Made by a program: the position numbers and the translations under genes
The notes under the pieces: model-generated
What the model was told of the DNA's origin: nothing
The model's input: the letters and a program-made list of their open reading frames with translations, nothing else
Databases searched by the model: none
Origin: Spirogloea muscicola
Taxonomy: Eukaryota
Direction of reading: 5' to 3'
DNA length: 63,956 bases
Assembly (NCBI GenBank): GCA_009602725.1
Contig: WELB01000025.1
Span: forward strand, 668,929-732,884
In this document: piece after piece, positions 1-17,489 of the stretch
Layout: each line of letters begins with the position of its first letter
How positions within the stretch are numbered: the stretch's first letter is position 1

Positions 1-1568
1 GCCGCCGGCGTCGCCCGCGGCCTCGGCGCTGGCTGGGATCGCTGGCGCGCCGAGCCGCTGCAGCGCTACGGCCTCAACGCCACTGCCGCCACCGTCGCTG
101 CCGGCGGCTTCTGCGCGCACACTCTCGTGCACCACGACCCAACTGGGCGCGAGCTGTTCGTGCACCACCACGCGCTCGCTGAGGGCCCCGTCGGCGAGCC
201 GGGCACAACGTGGGGGCTCGTCAAGCACCCGTCTGCGTACAACCCCTTTGTCGCGCACGCCTCAGACCCGGAGGAGCTACTTGACGGTCGCACGCTGCAG
301 TGCGTGGACATCCGCGGTGCGCACGAGGTCCGCTCGCCCTCTCGCGCGCTTGCCACCTTCGAGGAGCGCTTCTACCGTGTGCTCCGCGGCACGCCGGTCG
401 ATCGTCGCATGCTGAACTCCGGCGCCTGCGCCAGGTTCGTCTGCCGCCGCCGCTGCGGTGACGCTGATGCATCTGGGGACTGGTGTGCGGGTCGATGGCC
501 GCTGATGCCAGTGACGTGTATGCAATGTGTCGGTGGCTGGTTGCTGTTTGACAGTTTCGGTTGCATCGCATGGCTGCATGACGCACATGCAATGTGCCTG
601 TCAACTCTTTGCCTGCAAGAGTTGGCGCCACTCTGACGCCTCTTCGCTACCACTGCGCAGCGCCACAAACCGCAAGCTCCTGTGTTGTGGCGGCTCTGCG
701 GTGCTGGAGCTCAACGTTGCTGCCAACCCACGCGGGACCGTAGGCAACCAGTCAGTGACGACGTCATCGCCGCCTGTGCCGCCCGGCGCGATCGCGCCAT
801 CCATCCCGTCTGGCCAGGCTGTTGTCAAGGCGAATGTCACCGTGGTCCAGAACCCGCCGGTTCAGGGCAAGCCCCGCACTATTTCGGTGAGCTCTCATAT
901 GAAATACCTCCTACAAGCGTCCACCCCGGTCTCCTGATCTTCATCTTGATCTTAACGATGTTGCATCATCAGAATGCTGAGAGACTCGGAGGTAACATCG
1001 TCGTCATATGACTGGCGGGCTCGAGTTGCTTGAGTTGACAGGTTTCTTTCATGACAATGCAGTTTTGTGCAAACTTGCAGGAATAGGGTGACAAGGGCAC
1101 AGATGTGCACATCACACCCCTCCTCTGTAATCTATACTGAGCCGCATCCCTTTGGAACCCTCTTTGCAGATCACGATCGTGTATGATGCAACATTCCTGC
1201 TCCAGCTCAAGGCGCCGCAGAAGGTGACGCTGGCAGCGCGCGCAGCAGGCAAGAAGCAGGCGTACACGCCCTACTGCAATGTCGGGCCATATGTCAACAG
1301 CGTGCTCATCCCGCTGGGTTCATGCAAGGGCAGCCCAGTGGGCAGCAACGCCAAGATTGTGAAGATTGGTGGCAAGCGGTACATCCGCCTGCGCTCGGGC
1401 ACGATGGGCGCAGGCTGCCAGCGCAAATACTATTTCAGCCTCAACCACTACACGGGTGGGGTCGGGCAGGGGCCTGTGACTCTACGCGTCTGCCAGTCGG
1501 GCCGTGCGCGGGCGAAGACGTGTGGCCCCGTTACAGTGACCTCCGCCGTCCCCACGTGTAAGACATAA
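1..1568 (+). CDS. GT71 (Mnn2/Mnn5-like) alpha-mannosyltransferase C-terminus spliced to a Cys-rich C-terminal domain; 5' partial
   Basis: Frame from base 1 reads GGFCAHTLVHHDPTGRELFVH, matching the GT71 'FCGhTmvQhdpdG..lFlH' C-terminal motif. Phase-compatible exons <1-434, 661-886 and 1170-1568 (TAA). Confidence 0.6.
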
Positions 1569-1851
1569 GCTGAGTGCACACGGCCTTCCTTTTTTAGCCG
1601 TTTCTGTCAGCTGCAATGGCAAGCTGAGTTAGATGTTAGAGTTAATGGTCCAAACTTTTGAGCAATAAATCCTTCGAGGAAAGATGTACTTCTATAACAT
1701 AAGACCGGTTATTACAGCTAGTAGCCATGTTGACTGACTGGCCAGGGCGGCCAAGCATGGGAGCAAGCAGGCCACTGGCATTAGGCTATTTGAGTGAGTA
1801 AGTAGTGTGCGGGTACTGGGCCACGCGCAAATCCGAGGGCGCCACCCCCAG

Positions 1852-3708
<1,857 letters not shown>

Positions 3709-4522
3709 NNNNNNNNNNNNNNNNNNNNNNNNNNNNNNNNNNNNNNNNNNNNNNNNNNNNNNNNNNNNNNNNNNNNNNNNNNNNNNNNNNNNNNNNNNNN
3801 NNNNNNNNNNNNNNNNNNNNNNNNNNNNNNNNNNNNNNNNNNNNNNNNNNNNNNNNNNNNNNNNNNNNNNNNNNNNNNNNNNNNNNNNNNNNNNNNNNNN
3901 NNNNNNNNNNNNNNNNNNNNNNNNNNNNNNNNNNNNNNNNNNNNNNNNNNNNNNNNNNNNNNNNNNNNNNNNNNNNNNNNNNNNNNNNNNNNNNNNNNNN
4001 NNNNNNNNNNNNNNNNNNNNNNNNNNNNNNNNNNNNNNNNNNNNNNNNNNNNNNNNNNNNNNNNNNNNNNNNNNNNNNNNNNNNNNNNNNNNNNNNNNNN
4101 NNNNNNNNNNNNNNNNNNNNNNNNNNNNNNNNNNNNNNNNNNNNNNNNNNNNNNNNNNNNNNNNNNNNNNNNNNNNNNNNNNNNNNNNNNNNNNNNNNNN
4201 NNNNNNNNNNNNNNNNNNNNNNNNNNNNNNNNNNNNNNNNNNNNNNNNNNNNNNNNNNNNNNNNNNNNNNNNNNNNNNNNNNNNNNNNNNNNNNNNNNNN
4301 NNNNNNNNNNNNNNNNNNNNNNNNNNNNNNNNNNNNNNNNNNNNNNNNNNNNNNNNNNNNNNNNNNNNNNNNNNNNNNNNNNNNNNNNNNNNNNNNNNNN
4401 NNNNNNNNNNNNNNNNNNNNNNNNNNNNNNNNNNNNNNNNNNNNNNNNNNNNNNNNNNNNNNNNNNNNNCGGCGGCGCCCACTTGAGCCGCTGCCGCCAC
4501 GGCACCGGCAAGCGCAGCTCAG

Positions 4523-4553
<31 letters not shown>

Positions 4554-4555
4554 AG

Positions 4556-5761
4556 GCCGTCTTCGTGGCGCTGTCGCTGGCGCTGAGCTTCTACTACGCC
4601 CGCTCCGCCTGGCAGCAGCTCGCGCGGCCCTGGCATTCGGTGGGCGCCTCCGCTGCCGCCACCGCTGCCGCCGCCGCTGCCGCTGCCCGCCAGCCTCCGA
4701 GACCTGATGCCAATCTCTAGTTTAATGTGACTGATTATGTCTTATTTACTAAATCAACGGTCTTTAAGATCGTGGGCTGCGCTTCTGACGGCTGAGCGCT
4801 CGGCCACCTTCACCCAGCGCCGCTCAACTGACCGCCATGCTCGTCGTCCTTGCGGCTGGCCACGCCCGCAGAAATTTCACGTCCTCCGCGGGGCGCTCCC
4901 GCCGCAGGCGCTGGTCCTGGCCGGTGAGAGGACTGCCGCGCCGCGTGAGCAGATGTCCTTGCACTAAATTCAGGAGCTTTTACTTCCACGCGAATTCTCT
5001 TCTCAGCCTGCATTGGATGCCGAGGGGCACAACTGTGCAGCACACAGCAACCCGCTGCCTAGGCGACCGCTGGTAGCTTCGCCGGTTATTACTTTGAGAC
5101 TGTGAAATTACTAGAGTAAATTTAACTTGTTATGGTGACTATAGACTTCTACAAATCTTTGGCAATGCATCGTTTGAGGCACGCGCGCGAACGCCCCAAC
5201 TCCGCGGCTGTGCTGCCCTTGCAGAGGCATCAGCATGCAGCGCACTGCTGGCGACGGCGCTGTCATTCGTGCTGCCCAGTGAGCGCGCGCGGCGCCGCCT
5301 CCTGGGCGCCGCCCTTGCCGCCAGTCTTGGCTTGGCGATGTTCTGGGCGTTCCACCTTACTCGGTGAGCAAGCCCTCAGCAACGATGTATGAGAGTGAGC
5401 AACGGTGGAGCTGCTCAGGCAGACCACCTCTGACTGCATGAGCTCGGTCCTTGCCATTACTGACCCTCGACGCCGCCTCCTGCTTCGCTGCAGTCTCCCA
5501 CCGGCCGCCACTCGGCGACTCCTCTGGGTCCCTGCCGGCCCACTTGGGTACGCCCCAGCGGCCGAGCCTGCAACGCGCGACGTGTGGCTGCTGCCTCCGG
5601 GTGGCGACGACGCTGGCCTGAGTTGGTGCTCATGTTGCGCCAGCTGCTCTTGCCCCGTCAGGTATGTGGCGCTGTGCGCCTTCGTGGACCGCACAGTAAG
5701 GCAGATGCAGCGAGAGGTGGAAGCTCTGCGCAACGCCATGTACAACTTCAAGACGGCGTGA
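4556..5761 (+). CDS. Conserved green-plant multi-pass membrane protein of unknown function; 5' end in gap
   Basis: Five phase-compatible GT-AG exons (4556-4639, 4872-4923, 5225-5363, 5494-5547, 5662-5761) give AVFVALSLALSFYYARSAWQQLARPWHS-KFHVLRG...-FWAFHLTR-LLWVPAGPLG-YVALCAFVDRTVRQMQREVEALRNAMYNFKTA*. This resembles a plant family ending WLPFGPL...YVD...EVRKLRGYMYAFKA. Confidence 0.75.
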
Positions 5762-5771
5762 AAGCCAGGAC

Positions 5772-6578
5772 ATGGCAAGCCCGACACCGCCGTTGCAGCC
5801 GCCATCGCTGCAGCCTCCCTCGCCTCTGAGGCCGTTACTGCTTCTGATGAAGGGCCACCCGGGGAGCGGCAAGAGCACGCTGGCACGCTCTCTTGCCCGG
5901 AAGCTCCACTGGCCTCTCGTAGACAAGGACGACGTGCGCGACGCTACGCTATACCTCGAGCGCTGCCCCCCACCTGGCGACGGCGCTCTCGATGTCAGTC
6001 TTGGCAACAGGGTCGTGGTGGGGCTAGCTGCGCACGCCTGCTCGGGCCTGGATCCTGCAGTGCTCAACGAGCTCTCGTATGCCGTCATGTGGCGTGTGGC
6101 TGCTGCGCAGCTGGACCTGGGCCTCAGCGTTGTCGTGGACTGCCCGCTGGCGAGGCTGGAGCTCCTCAGCGCCGGGCTAGCCGTGGCGGACCAGCATGGT
6201 GCCGCGGTTGCCGTCCTAGAGTGCCGGCCTGGCGACGAGTCACTGTGGCGGGCACGGCTCGAAGCGCGGACTGCCGCTGTTGATGCTGGGCAGCTGGGCG
6301 GTGTCCTGGCACCGCTGTGTGGCGGCGATCCAGCACGCCGACGGCGGTGCCACAAGCCCGCTGCTTGGTTTGACATCGAGGAGCTGCTGCGCCGGTACAG
6401 CGGCTGCTGGGAGTACGCGACAGAGTCGGCTCCGCGGCTTGTCCTGGACACCACGGCCCTGGACGCCCACGCCACGCTGGCCGCCAGTCTCGCGTGGATC
6501 GATAAAGTCCGCAGCAGCTGCACAATGGTTGCTCACAGCACAACTGCCAAGGCAGGCACCACACTTGCAGGCTCTTGA
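5772..6578 (+). CDS. Intronless P-loop NTPase / AAA_33-type nucleoside-kinase-like protein
   Basis: Uninterrupted 268-aa ORF with Walker A LLMKGHPGSGKSTLAR, followed by WPLVDKDDVRD, LSVVVDCP, lid LWRARLEAR and LVLDTT. Confidence 0.85.
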   Translation: MASPTPPLQPPSLQPPSPLRPLLLLMKGHPGSGKSTLARSLARKLHWPLVDKDDVRDATLYLERCPPPGDGALDVSLGNRVVVGLAAHACSGLDPAVLNELSYAVMWRVAAAQLDLGLSVVVDCPLARLELLSAGLAVADQHGAAVAVLECRPGDESLWRARLEARTAAVDAGQLGGVLAPLCGGDPARRRRCHKPAAWFDIEELLRRYSGCWEYATESAPRLVLDTTALDAHATLAASLAWIDKVRSSCTMVAHSTTAKAGTTLAGS

Positions 6579-8420
6579 TGCTCATTGAGGAAGCTGGACG
6601 AGCTTAGTTGGTGGCAGAAAGGCTTTGAATTTGCAGTCCAGGTATCTGGCAACATATTCGGGCAATCAGTAGCAACCTCTACTTGCTGATCCATGGGTAC
6701 TGAGCGGGTCAGCTTTGCAGCAGTTGATTTACATCTATTGATGTACTTGGCCACTGAGGCCCTTCATCACTCGATATGAATGCTTCCCTACCCTGCTCAT
6801 TGCAGTGGTGTTATTTATGAGTCTGTCTGTGTGTAAGACTCTCCTTACTTTTCCGCAGAATCAGACCTGCATGTCGGCCTGGAGAAACGTTCTGGTGCAA
6901 ACATCACATTTATCCGCCCAAGTTATGTGAAACCTTAAGCCCTTGTGACTGCAGGATAGAGGCAGAGGCAGCCTAAGAAGTTTGTTGTGGTGCAAGCTTA
7001 AAGAGAGTGGTGCAAGCTTAAAGACAGCAGCATGCACCGATGTGGTTACAATAGTTTGTTATGACGGTGGTGATCTGCGAGATTTACCTTCCTTGATGGC
7101 CAGCATTGTAACGATTTCACAGCTCTTTCTAAGGGGACCAGGGCCCGGATAAGCCAGCCCACAGAAGAACGAGCGAGGCCCAAAGGAGTCGGAAGTGACT
7201 GGATGGTACAAAAACCCAATGCATGACTGACTGCAGTGTGGTGCTCTCTGGGGAATGCTAAACTGGCTTACAAGCAGTCAGTGGACTTACTGGAGTGCAA
7301 TCTCACTGGAAAGCACACTGGCAAGCCCTCTGCGGTGGCCTGATGCCAGCTGTTGCCGCAGAGATCCTAGGACCATAGTCACGAGGTATCACAGGCTTGC
7401 GGTCAGGATATGAACGAGCGCATGCGTGCGCCGGCGGAGAAGCCTGCCACTGCTTACACTTGTTGCCTCTCGCCTCAGCCTTTCCAGCCTCACCAGGCGG
7501 TTTCTGCCTTTCCAAGCTCCTAGCCAAGACACAGTACTGTGCGTGCGTTTCGAGCGAGCTATGGGCTAGCTTCAAGAAGCTTGATGCACAGTAGTATACC
7601 GGGCAAGCACCAGCCAGCTGGTGTATGCCGATTATGTGAGTAACATTAGCCCGCAATCTGAGATTGTGCTGATTGTCCTGTGCATCTCGTGACGGGCAGC
7701 ATGAGGTGCTGTGTAAAGGGCGGCATGACGTAAGAAATTTGCAACTGTAATTTTCATGCTGATAAAATGTGAAATCCTAGCTATAATCGTTGCCCGACCA
7801 GCACATCACTGTCTCGATACCCTACGTCACCTCCTTGCTTGTGGTGAGGACAATCAGATACTCTAGAATCAAATGCTGTCAGTTCTGATGATCAGTAGCC
7901 TCCAAAAGTGAATCAGCTCAAGGAGACAGCCTAGCGCAGAAGCTGCTCTGCCAGCACTCTGACTGGCAAACTACTGAAAGAGTAAGCTCAAGCCTAGAAT
8001 CAAGGGGCTGTGGCACGGCAACTGCCGCAATAAGGGCAGCTACCATCTCTTTGATTGGCTAGTATAACTACAGCCTGCAAGTACTGTACCTAGAGAGAGG
8101 ACCCAATATGGGCCTCTTGCTTTAGAACGATCACAACATGTGCGATGTGCTCCATGCATCCTCAATTGTTGCCATGCCATCAGTCCCTGGCTCCCTATCT
8201 TGGAAAGGGCTGTGATTCATGGCCAAGGAGAGTGCAACTTGCTGCCGCCCAGTCAAAGTCAAGAGGCAGAAGAAGTGATATGCAGATTGAGCACACTCTT
8301 CGTCATGCTGACGTCGCTGCACGAGCCTTGTGTGTCCAGAAGGTGCTTGGCATGGAGCTTTTGTCCCACTCTTTGTGGACCTCGTTCAGCAAGTGCACAT
8401 TACAAGAGGTACTGCAGCTG

Positions 8421-11400
8421 TTAAGAAGGTGCACTCTCGAACCACCCTTGATTGCCACGACCAGGCAACAACCTCTGCCACTTGTTTCTCGGGTCACGGC
8501 CATTCTCACGATCGTCTCGGCCTTGTCTTACATGATCTGGTGTTGCTCCAACCAGCCCCCTCCAGCTCTGCAAGGTTTTGACAAGAAGAGCCATGCGACC
8601 AAAACCATGGGCGAGTGTCCCGCAAATGACAGCCAGTGAAGTCACAAGGCTCGCGAAGTTGGCCAGAACCTGATTGCTCTGGTGGGCGAGGTCGCGTGCC
8701 ATCCACGACTGGATCACCCTGTCCTGCGTTGCCTTGCTGAGGGCAAAGCCGCCCTCACCTTGCTTCTCATGCTGGGCTGCCGCGAGCTGCCGCTGCGCCG
8801 CCTTGTAAGCATCCTTTCTGAAGCCTGGAAGGACGCTTGGGGCAGGGCAGAGGCACCGGAAGCTCCAGAAACCTCCAGGCACATTTGAGAATATATTGCA
8901 CAGCTTCATGCCACAGCGGTCCAGGTGCAGCTCGGCGACGGCCGCCCGGAGCGGCTCGTAGCAGAGCGCGGCCATCAGCGCCGTATTCTTGTCCAAGATT
9001 TTCTCGCGACTCTCAGCCACGTCCCGGAGCAACTCCATCTTGCCCTGATCTAGGCATGCCGCTCCACCGAACTGGGCCATGGCAGACGAATATTCCGAGA
9101 CCAGGGACCGCGAGATTTCATCAATTTTGGCAGATACCGCCTCATAATTGTCAGGGAAGGGATCCGTCTGGTCAGTCAGCTGCTTGTACTGCTCAAGCGC
9201 CCTTGCTGCCCTCTGCCGCGAGAAGGTGAGGACCAGCTCCTCGTTTTTGGCCTGCGTGCCAATCTGGATTACTGATCAGAATCTTGCATTGCTTTTTTTG
9301 ATACGTTCATTTTGGATATTCACTTAGGAGTCTAGATGCTGCTGTGCCGCTGAGAGGTTGCACACATCAGAGGACAAGGAGGTCGCTCATTGGGGCATGG
9401 CTGACCTGGAAGTCCCCAAGCTGTACCTTAGCCCACTGATGGCTCTGGAAAAGCTGGAAGTCATATTGCTCCTGGCCGGGTCCCACCCAGGGCAGGCCAG
9501 CGTGTTTGATGGCATCCTCTGCCGCAGCCTGCGCCAATGATATGGCAGCGCTGTGGGCATCTGTCAATCTCTTCGGGGAGAGGGCAACGGTCAACCGGAG
9601 CTGTTGTCCCACATCCTGATGTTCTCCATCTTGCCCGAAGCTCCCTGCCATGGCCTTCAGGTAAGCTTCCCTGTATGCAACCTTGCCTGCCGAAATGAGA
9701 CTGCCGACTACGCGAGCGTTTTCATTCGCGACAGCGTCACAGGACCTACGGATTGCCGCTTGGAGCTTGTCGCGAGCTTCACTGTAGGCCTTGCCTTTCC
9801 TGTGCTTCCCAAGCCCTTGCTCGTACCTTCAAACAGCACATTAGCATGGGTAAGCTTATAAGTGCCGGGAGAAGGTTACCTCGAATTGGATATTCATGTC
9901 CTGCAATAAGTGGCATGCAACTGAAGAGGTGAGATTGCACAATGCTTCGGCATGCTTCTTGCAAGGGAGGCGCTTACCTACTCAGAGCCTTGCTGACACT
10001 CTGCTTGCAGGCCTTGTCCACCTCTCGTTCTGGAACTGGCAATTGTAGGCTGCCAAGCTCGTTGCCAGCATCTTCTTGGAGGTCCTTCTGGAGCTGCAAG
10101 ACAGCCTCTTCAACTCTCCTATCATTCTCCAGCCTTGTGTTAACGTCATGTCAAAAGTACGACAACGATCAGTCAGAATGACCCACTTCATGAGATAATG
10201 CCTGCTGTTGAGCACATCAGTCAAGGGTTGTCAACAAAGGACAAAGTATGCTGATGAGCATAGAGGAGAGAAAGGATGGACACAATGAATTGAGTTGAGC
10301 TTCTAAGGAGCTCTTTGCTTCAATTGTCTCAGTGCTCCACCACATCAGACGAGCTTTCACAAGCAACTCTGGTGAAATTGCAAGTGCTCCCACCTGTACT
10401 CAGGCTTCAGACGTTCTATCTTGGTGCCAAGCTGCCCTTCGCACCTAGGGGCAACGAGCTCCTTGGGAAGGCCAACACATCGTTTCCTGCAGTATTCCAC
10501 AGCCTCTGCGTCTGCACCAATGCCCTCCTTTTGTGTTTCGTTAGTGTCAAGATTCTCATTGGTGCCACAAGGGTACATTGCCTTGCACTCGAGTAGCTAT
10601 GAAGGTCTGTGTCATTGTCACCTACGGCAAGTGTGTCACAGTCACCTGATTCCTTCAAAAGCTTGGCCAGCTCGTTGTCGCTCAGTGCACTGGCTAGAAG
10701 ATCATCCAACATGATTTGTCCCTTTGATGCTCGTCTTGCTTGCTTGATGGGCAGAGCACGTTCAACTCTTGATTGGAAATACTGCAGGCCCCCTGAGTAG
10801 CCTCCGTCCAAAAGGAGATCAGCCATAACTTCTCGCAAAGTACGATCAGCATTCATTGGGAAATCCTCGTTGATGTAGTGGACAAGCAGCGGTAGCAACC
10901 TTGCTGCAGGAAGAAGAAGAGCACATGCAGGCCACGATGTCAGGATTGGCCACTTGCAAGATTGAGCTTTGTCAGATAGCGCGAAGCAGACAGGTACTGG
11001 CACTCAGATTCACGAGTGATCTAAAATCTTCGCATTCCACGTACTACGATCAGGCTTAGAGGAAATGAATCACTTGCACTCCATCTTGACCAAGCAGCCA
11101 GTGACAAGGTGGAGCCTGAACAGTACCTATTGCCTTGCCAGTGAGCTTTCCCCGGCCTTCGGCAGTAAGATTGCTGAAGACTGCATCCCGCAGCCTTTTG
11201 ACATCTTCTTGATAAGCAGGGTGCAAGTAGGGCACCAGCTCGACATCAGCAGACAGTCCACCACCCCCAAAGTGCTCTCGGAGATGGTTCAGATCAGCCG
11301 GTGTGCGGAGGGCGTGGCATGAGATGCCGCGAGTGAACAATGTGTCCAGAGATCGGTCTCCGGTCTTCGCGTGGGCTGCAAAGTACCGGTGCAGATGTTC

Positions 11401-12835
11401 CAGGGGGGCTTCCTGTGGGTCCAGGTCCATATCAAACCCCTGAACAACCCATGTCAATGGCGGGAAGTCCAACGTCTGTAAGAGGGCTTGCAGATGAGGG
11501 TCCCCAGGTTGCCCGGCTTTTTCCGCCTCTGTCCAACCGCAGCAGAGCACCATGCACAAGGATGATCAAGTTAGGTGTCACTGAGACATAAGTTGGCCAG
11601 TTGCAAGTCTGCTGCTCAGATGAAATCTGCGAATCATCTTGACCTGTCTAAGTCCGTCATCTTACCTGTTTCAGCCTTGTCTGCAATGGTGGCTCTAGTG
11701 CATTCCCCGGGCTTTACTGAGAGGAGCTCACCCCAGTCTTGACTTGAGTGCAGCCAGTTGTGGAGGTTGAACACCTGCGCCTGCTTTGCGAGGTCTGCTA
11801 GCGCTGCTACAGACTGGGCATCTCCTGTTTGTGATCCCAAAGATTGTGTCCGAACACTTTGTCACCAGCCTGCCAGCAGACAGCTGATTGCGAGGACATA
11901 GATGCAAGGAGATGACTTTGTCAGTGCTGCGCAACAAGGAGGACCTCAACATCAGCTCTTTGGCTTGATCAGCTCACCGAGCGTGCGTAAGGTGTTATAT
12001 ATCAGGTGCGAGCTGAGCAGCACAGCGACCGCGAAAATCTTGGCATCATACGAGCGCGTCGCATCCTCTCCATAGAAGCCCTCCGTGTCGAGGAGCACCA
12101 CCCGCGAGCCGTCGGCTGCTCTGACAACGGCCTCTCCCGGCAGCACCCTCAGCCAGAGGCCCTGCGTCTCGGGCTCCGGCTTGGCCCCCACCGCGAAACC
12201 CTGGCTCGAGTTGAGCAGCATGTTGAGCAGGAAGGACTTCCCCCTGCAAGACTGACACGGGCCAGCGGCAGCTGATTAAGCACGGCAGTGACGTGCATGC
12301 AGCTCTAAAATGGTAATCAGCTGTAAGCTAACTTTGCCTTCTTTTAACTCAAATATACGAGATTACCCTCTAAGCTGGTAATCAATGCTACATAGTGTTG
12401 CGCCTGAAGCTCTCCAGACCGGCCATCATCGATCTCACTGCCTTCTGATCATGGCCCATCACTGCATGCATGGCACAGAGACATCACAGCTACCACTCTA
12501 TCTTTCTCAGATGCAGCGACCAACGTAAGTCCTCAGGATGTATCTCACCCATGGTAAGGTCCCACGACCGAGACGAGGGACACCGGCTCCTCGATGCCCG
12601 CCAGCCTGTCCAGCCCCGCGGGCTTGATCGCCAGCCGGCGGTGGCCGTCAGCGGGCGCCAGCAGCTGCTTCGGCTGGTCGTTGCCATCGTCGTCTGTTAT
12701 AGCGGGGCCGTGCGAGAAGGCCACAGCCTCGTCGCCGGCCGAGCCGGCCTCGCTCGCCGCATCGGCGAACTCGGCCAGCGGAGAGGCCACGCCGGCAGGC
12801 CGCGCGCCGAGGTGGCCTGCCGCTGCCGCCGCCGC
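8421..12835 (-). CDS. Guanylate-binding protein / atlastin-like large GTPase with C-terminal hydrophobic segment; 5' end in gap
   Basis: Spliced VSVVGPYHG|GKSFLLN (G1), ETQGLW (G2), VLLDTEGF (G3), YDAKIFAVAVLLSSHLIYN and FPPLTWVVQGF. Further helical exons run to a probable stop at 8421; the 3' exon model is approximate. Confidence 0.8.
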
Positions 12836-13269
12836 NNNNNNNNNNNNNNNNNNNNNNNNNNNNNNNNNNNNNNNNNNNNNNNNNNNNNNNNNNNNNNNNN
12901 NNNNNNNNNNNNNNNNNNNNNNNNNNNNNNNNNNNNNNNNNNNNNNNNNNNNNNNNNNNNNNNNNNNNNNNNNNNNNNNNNNNNNNNNNNNNNNNNNNNN
13001 NNNNNNNNNNNNNNNNNNNNNNNNNNNNNNNNNNNNNNNNNNNNNNNNNNNNNNNNNNNNNNNNNNNNNNNNNNNNNNNNNNNNNNNNNNNNNNNNNNNN
13101 NNNNNNNNNNNNNNNNNNNNNNNNNNNNNNNNNNNNNNNNNNNNNNNNNNNNNNNNNNNNNNNNNNNNNNNNNNNNNNNNNNNNNNNNNNNNNNNNNNNN
13201 NNNNNNNNNNNNNNNNNNNNNNNNNNNNNNNNNNNNNNNNNNNNNNNNNNNNNNNNNNNNNNNNNNNNN

Positions 13270-15855
<2,586 letters not shown>

Positions 15856-17489
15856 TTCTGGACCTTGGAAAGGCCGTCATTGTCCCGCTTGACTCCTTGC
15901 ATGCCTCCTATGTTGGCAAGAATGATGCCCATCTTGCATCCCACGTGGTGTAGGCATGGTAATTCAGGTCTTGCTACTATTGCTAGCAAGCAGCCTGAGG
16001 GCAGTGGCTGCTAACTCAGTCAAGTGGGCTCGCAGCGGCCTGGCGAGAAAGACGTTGAAGGAGAGGTAAGTTATGAAAGTACGTGGGGCACCTTCGGAAC
16101 CTGAATAGAGTGAAGCCTTATGGTTTGCTTGCCAAAGCGTTTGATTTGTGGAACAATGCTGGTCTAAGCACAGCTATCAAGCCAAGGTTTAGCTCTTGAC
16201 AATATGACAAGCCGCTTTGCTCTGAATCGTAACCCCTAGTTTCAAAGTCAATTGCAAGGCAAGCAGCTCCAGCGCTGTGGGCATAAACCATGCAACCTTT
16301 TCAAGTGAGCACACCTGCAGAGCTAGCTCAATACGAAAAGTGCTGACATACGTATAATCAGTCAGCTGAGATGACAGTCCAACTGTGTTGGCAAATTGAC
16401 AAGCTGACCAGCTATGATGGGGCTCACAGAGCTGTGAAGTGGAGCACTCTTTTGTTGCACCTGCTCCACAAGACAGTGCTTACAGGAACGCAAATGAATG
16501 GCAAGACATGACCAAAGTACATGATTGCCGCGATAGAGTTGCGATTTGTGGGCTTCAAGCCTTCTCCCGATGGAGAGATATCGAATACCAAGCAGGTGTT
16601 CCAAGCAGGTATAGCAGGTGAAGCAGATATAGCTAAAGGCAGCCATCCTCACCACCCTGCGCGCCCCCGCCCCCCCCCCTCCCCCCACGTCCTGTTAGCA
16701 GCGTGCTCAGGCTCATGCTTTGCACCAGAAAGCTGGGCGAGCTCTAGTTGGTGGCAGAAGGGCTTGGAGTTTGCCACTTGGTGTTTAGGCATAAACTAGC
16801 GACCTCTGTGTGCTGACCCGTGGTTACTGAGCAGGTAAATTCGTAGTGGGTTTCGTTTAGATGTGCTTGCTGTCGTACTTGGCCACTTCGGCTTTCCACT
16901 TTGTCCATGCACGCAAGTCACCCCGTCCCGAGCCCCACCCCTGGCAATCTGCAGTATCATCAATCCCTACTTTGCTTAGATGTCACTTGCCGGCGTCAGG
17001 GGTGGCTATCAACGATACTCTCAGGCTGGATACCATCTGAGGGCTGTCCATATTGGTAAGTCTGATTCATATGAGACGTCGTCTGAAAGTAAACCATAAG
17101 TCCGGGTACCTGTGATGACTTGCTTGTTGACACTCCAGCTACGTTGAGACAGCCTCATCTAATCCATACTAGTCTTACAGCAGCTGGCAAGTGTGCAGTG
17201 GGGTAGTCGGATGTTTGAATGAGATACACAGTCACTGTCAAAAGTGTGAAAGGCGGCCGGTCCTTTCAGATACCGACTACAGACCCTGCCTACTGCAGTG
17301 ACAACAGGTAGTCTGCGCCGGCATCACTCAAGATCCTGCATTGGCAGTTCCAGTCTGCCCGGCTGATTGCTCTCAAAGTGCTATAGAAGCTCTCGTGCAG
17401 CATTTGTTGCTGCTCCAGCGATGCAGTCGGCTGCCATGACAGCGTTGTCTGGCCCTGGCCCTGCCCCTGACAGGCAGCTTGCGCCAGCA

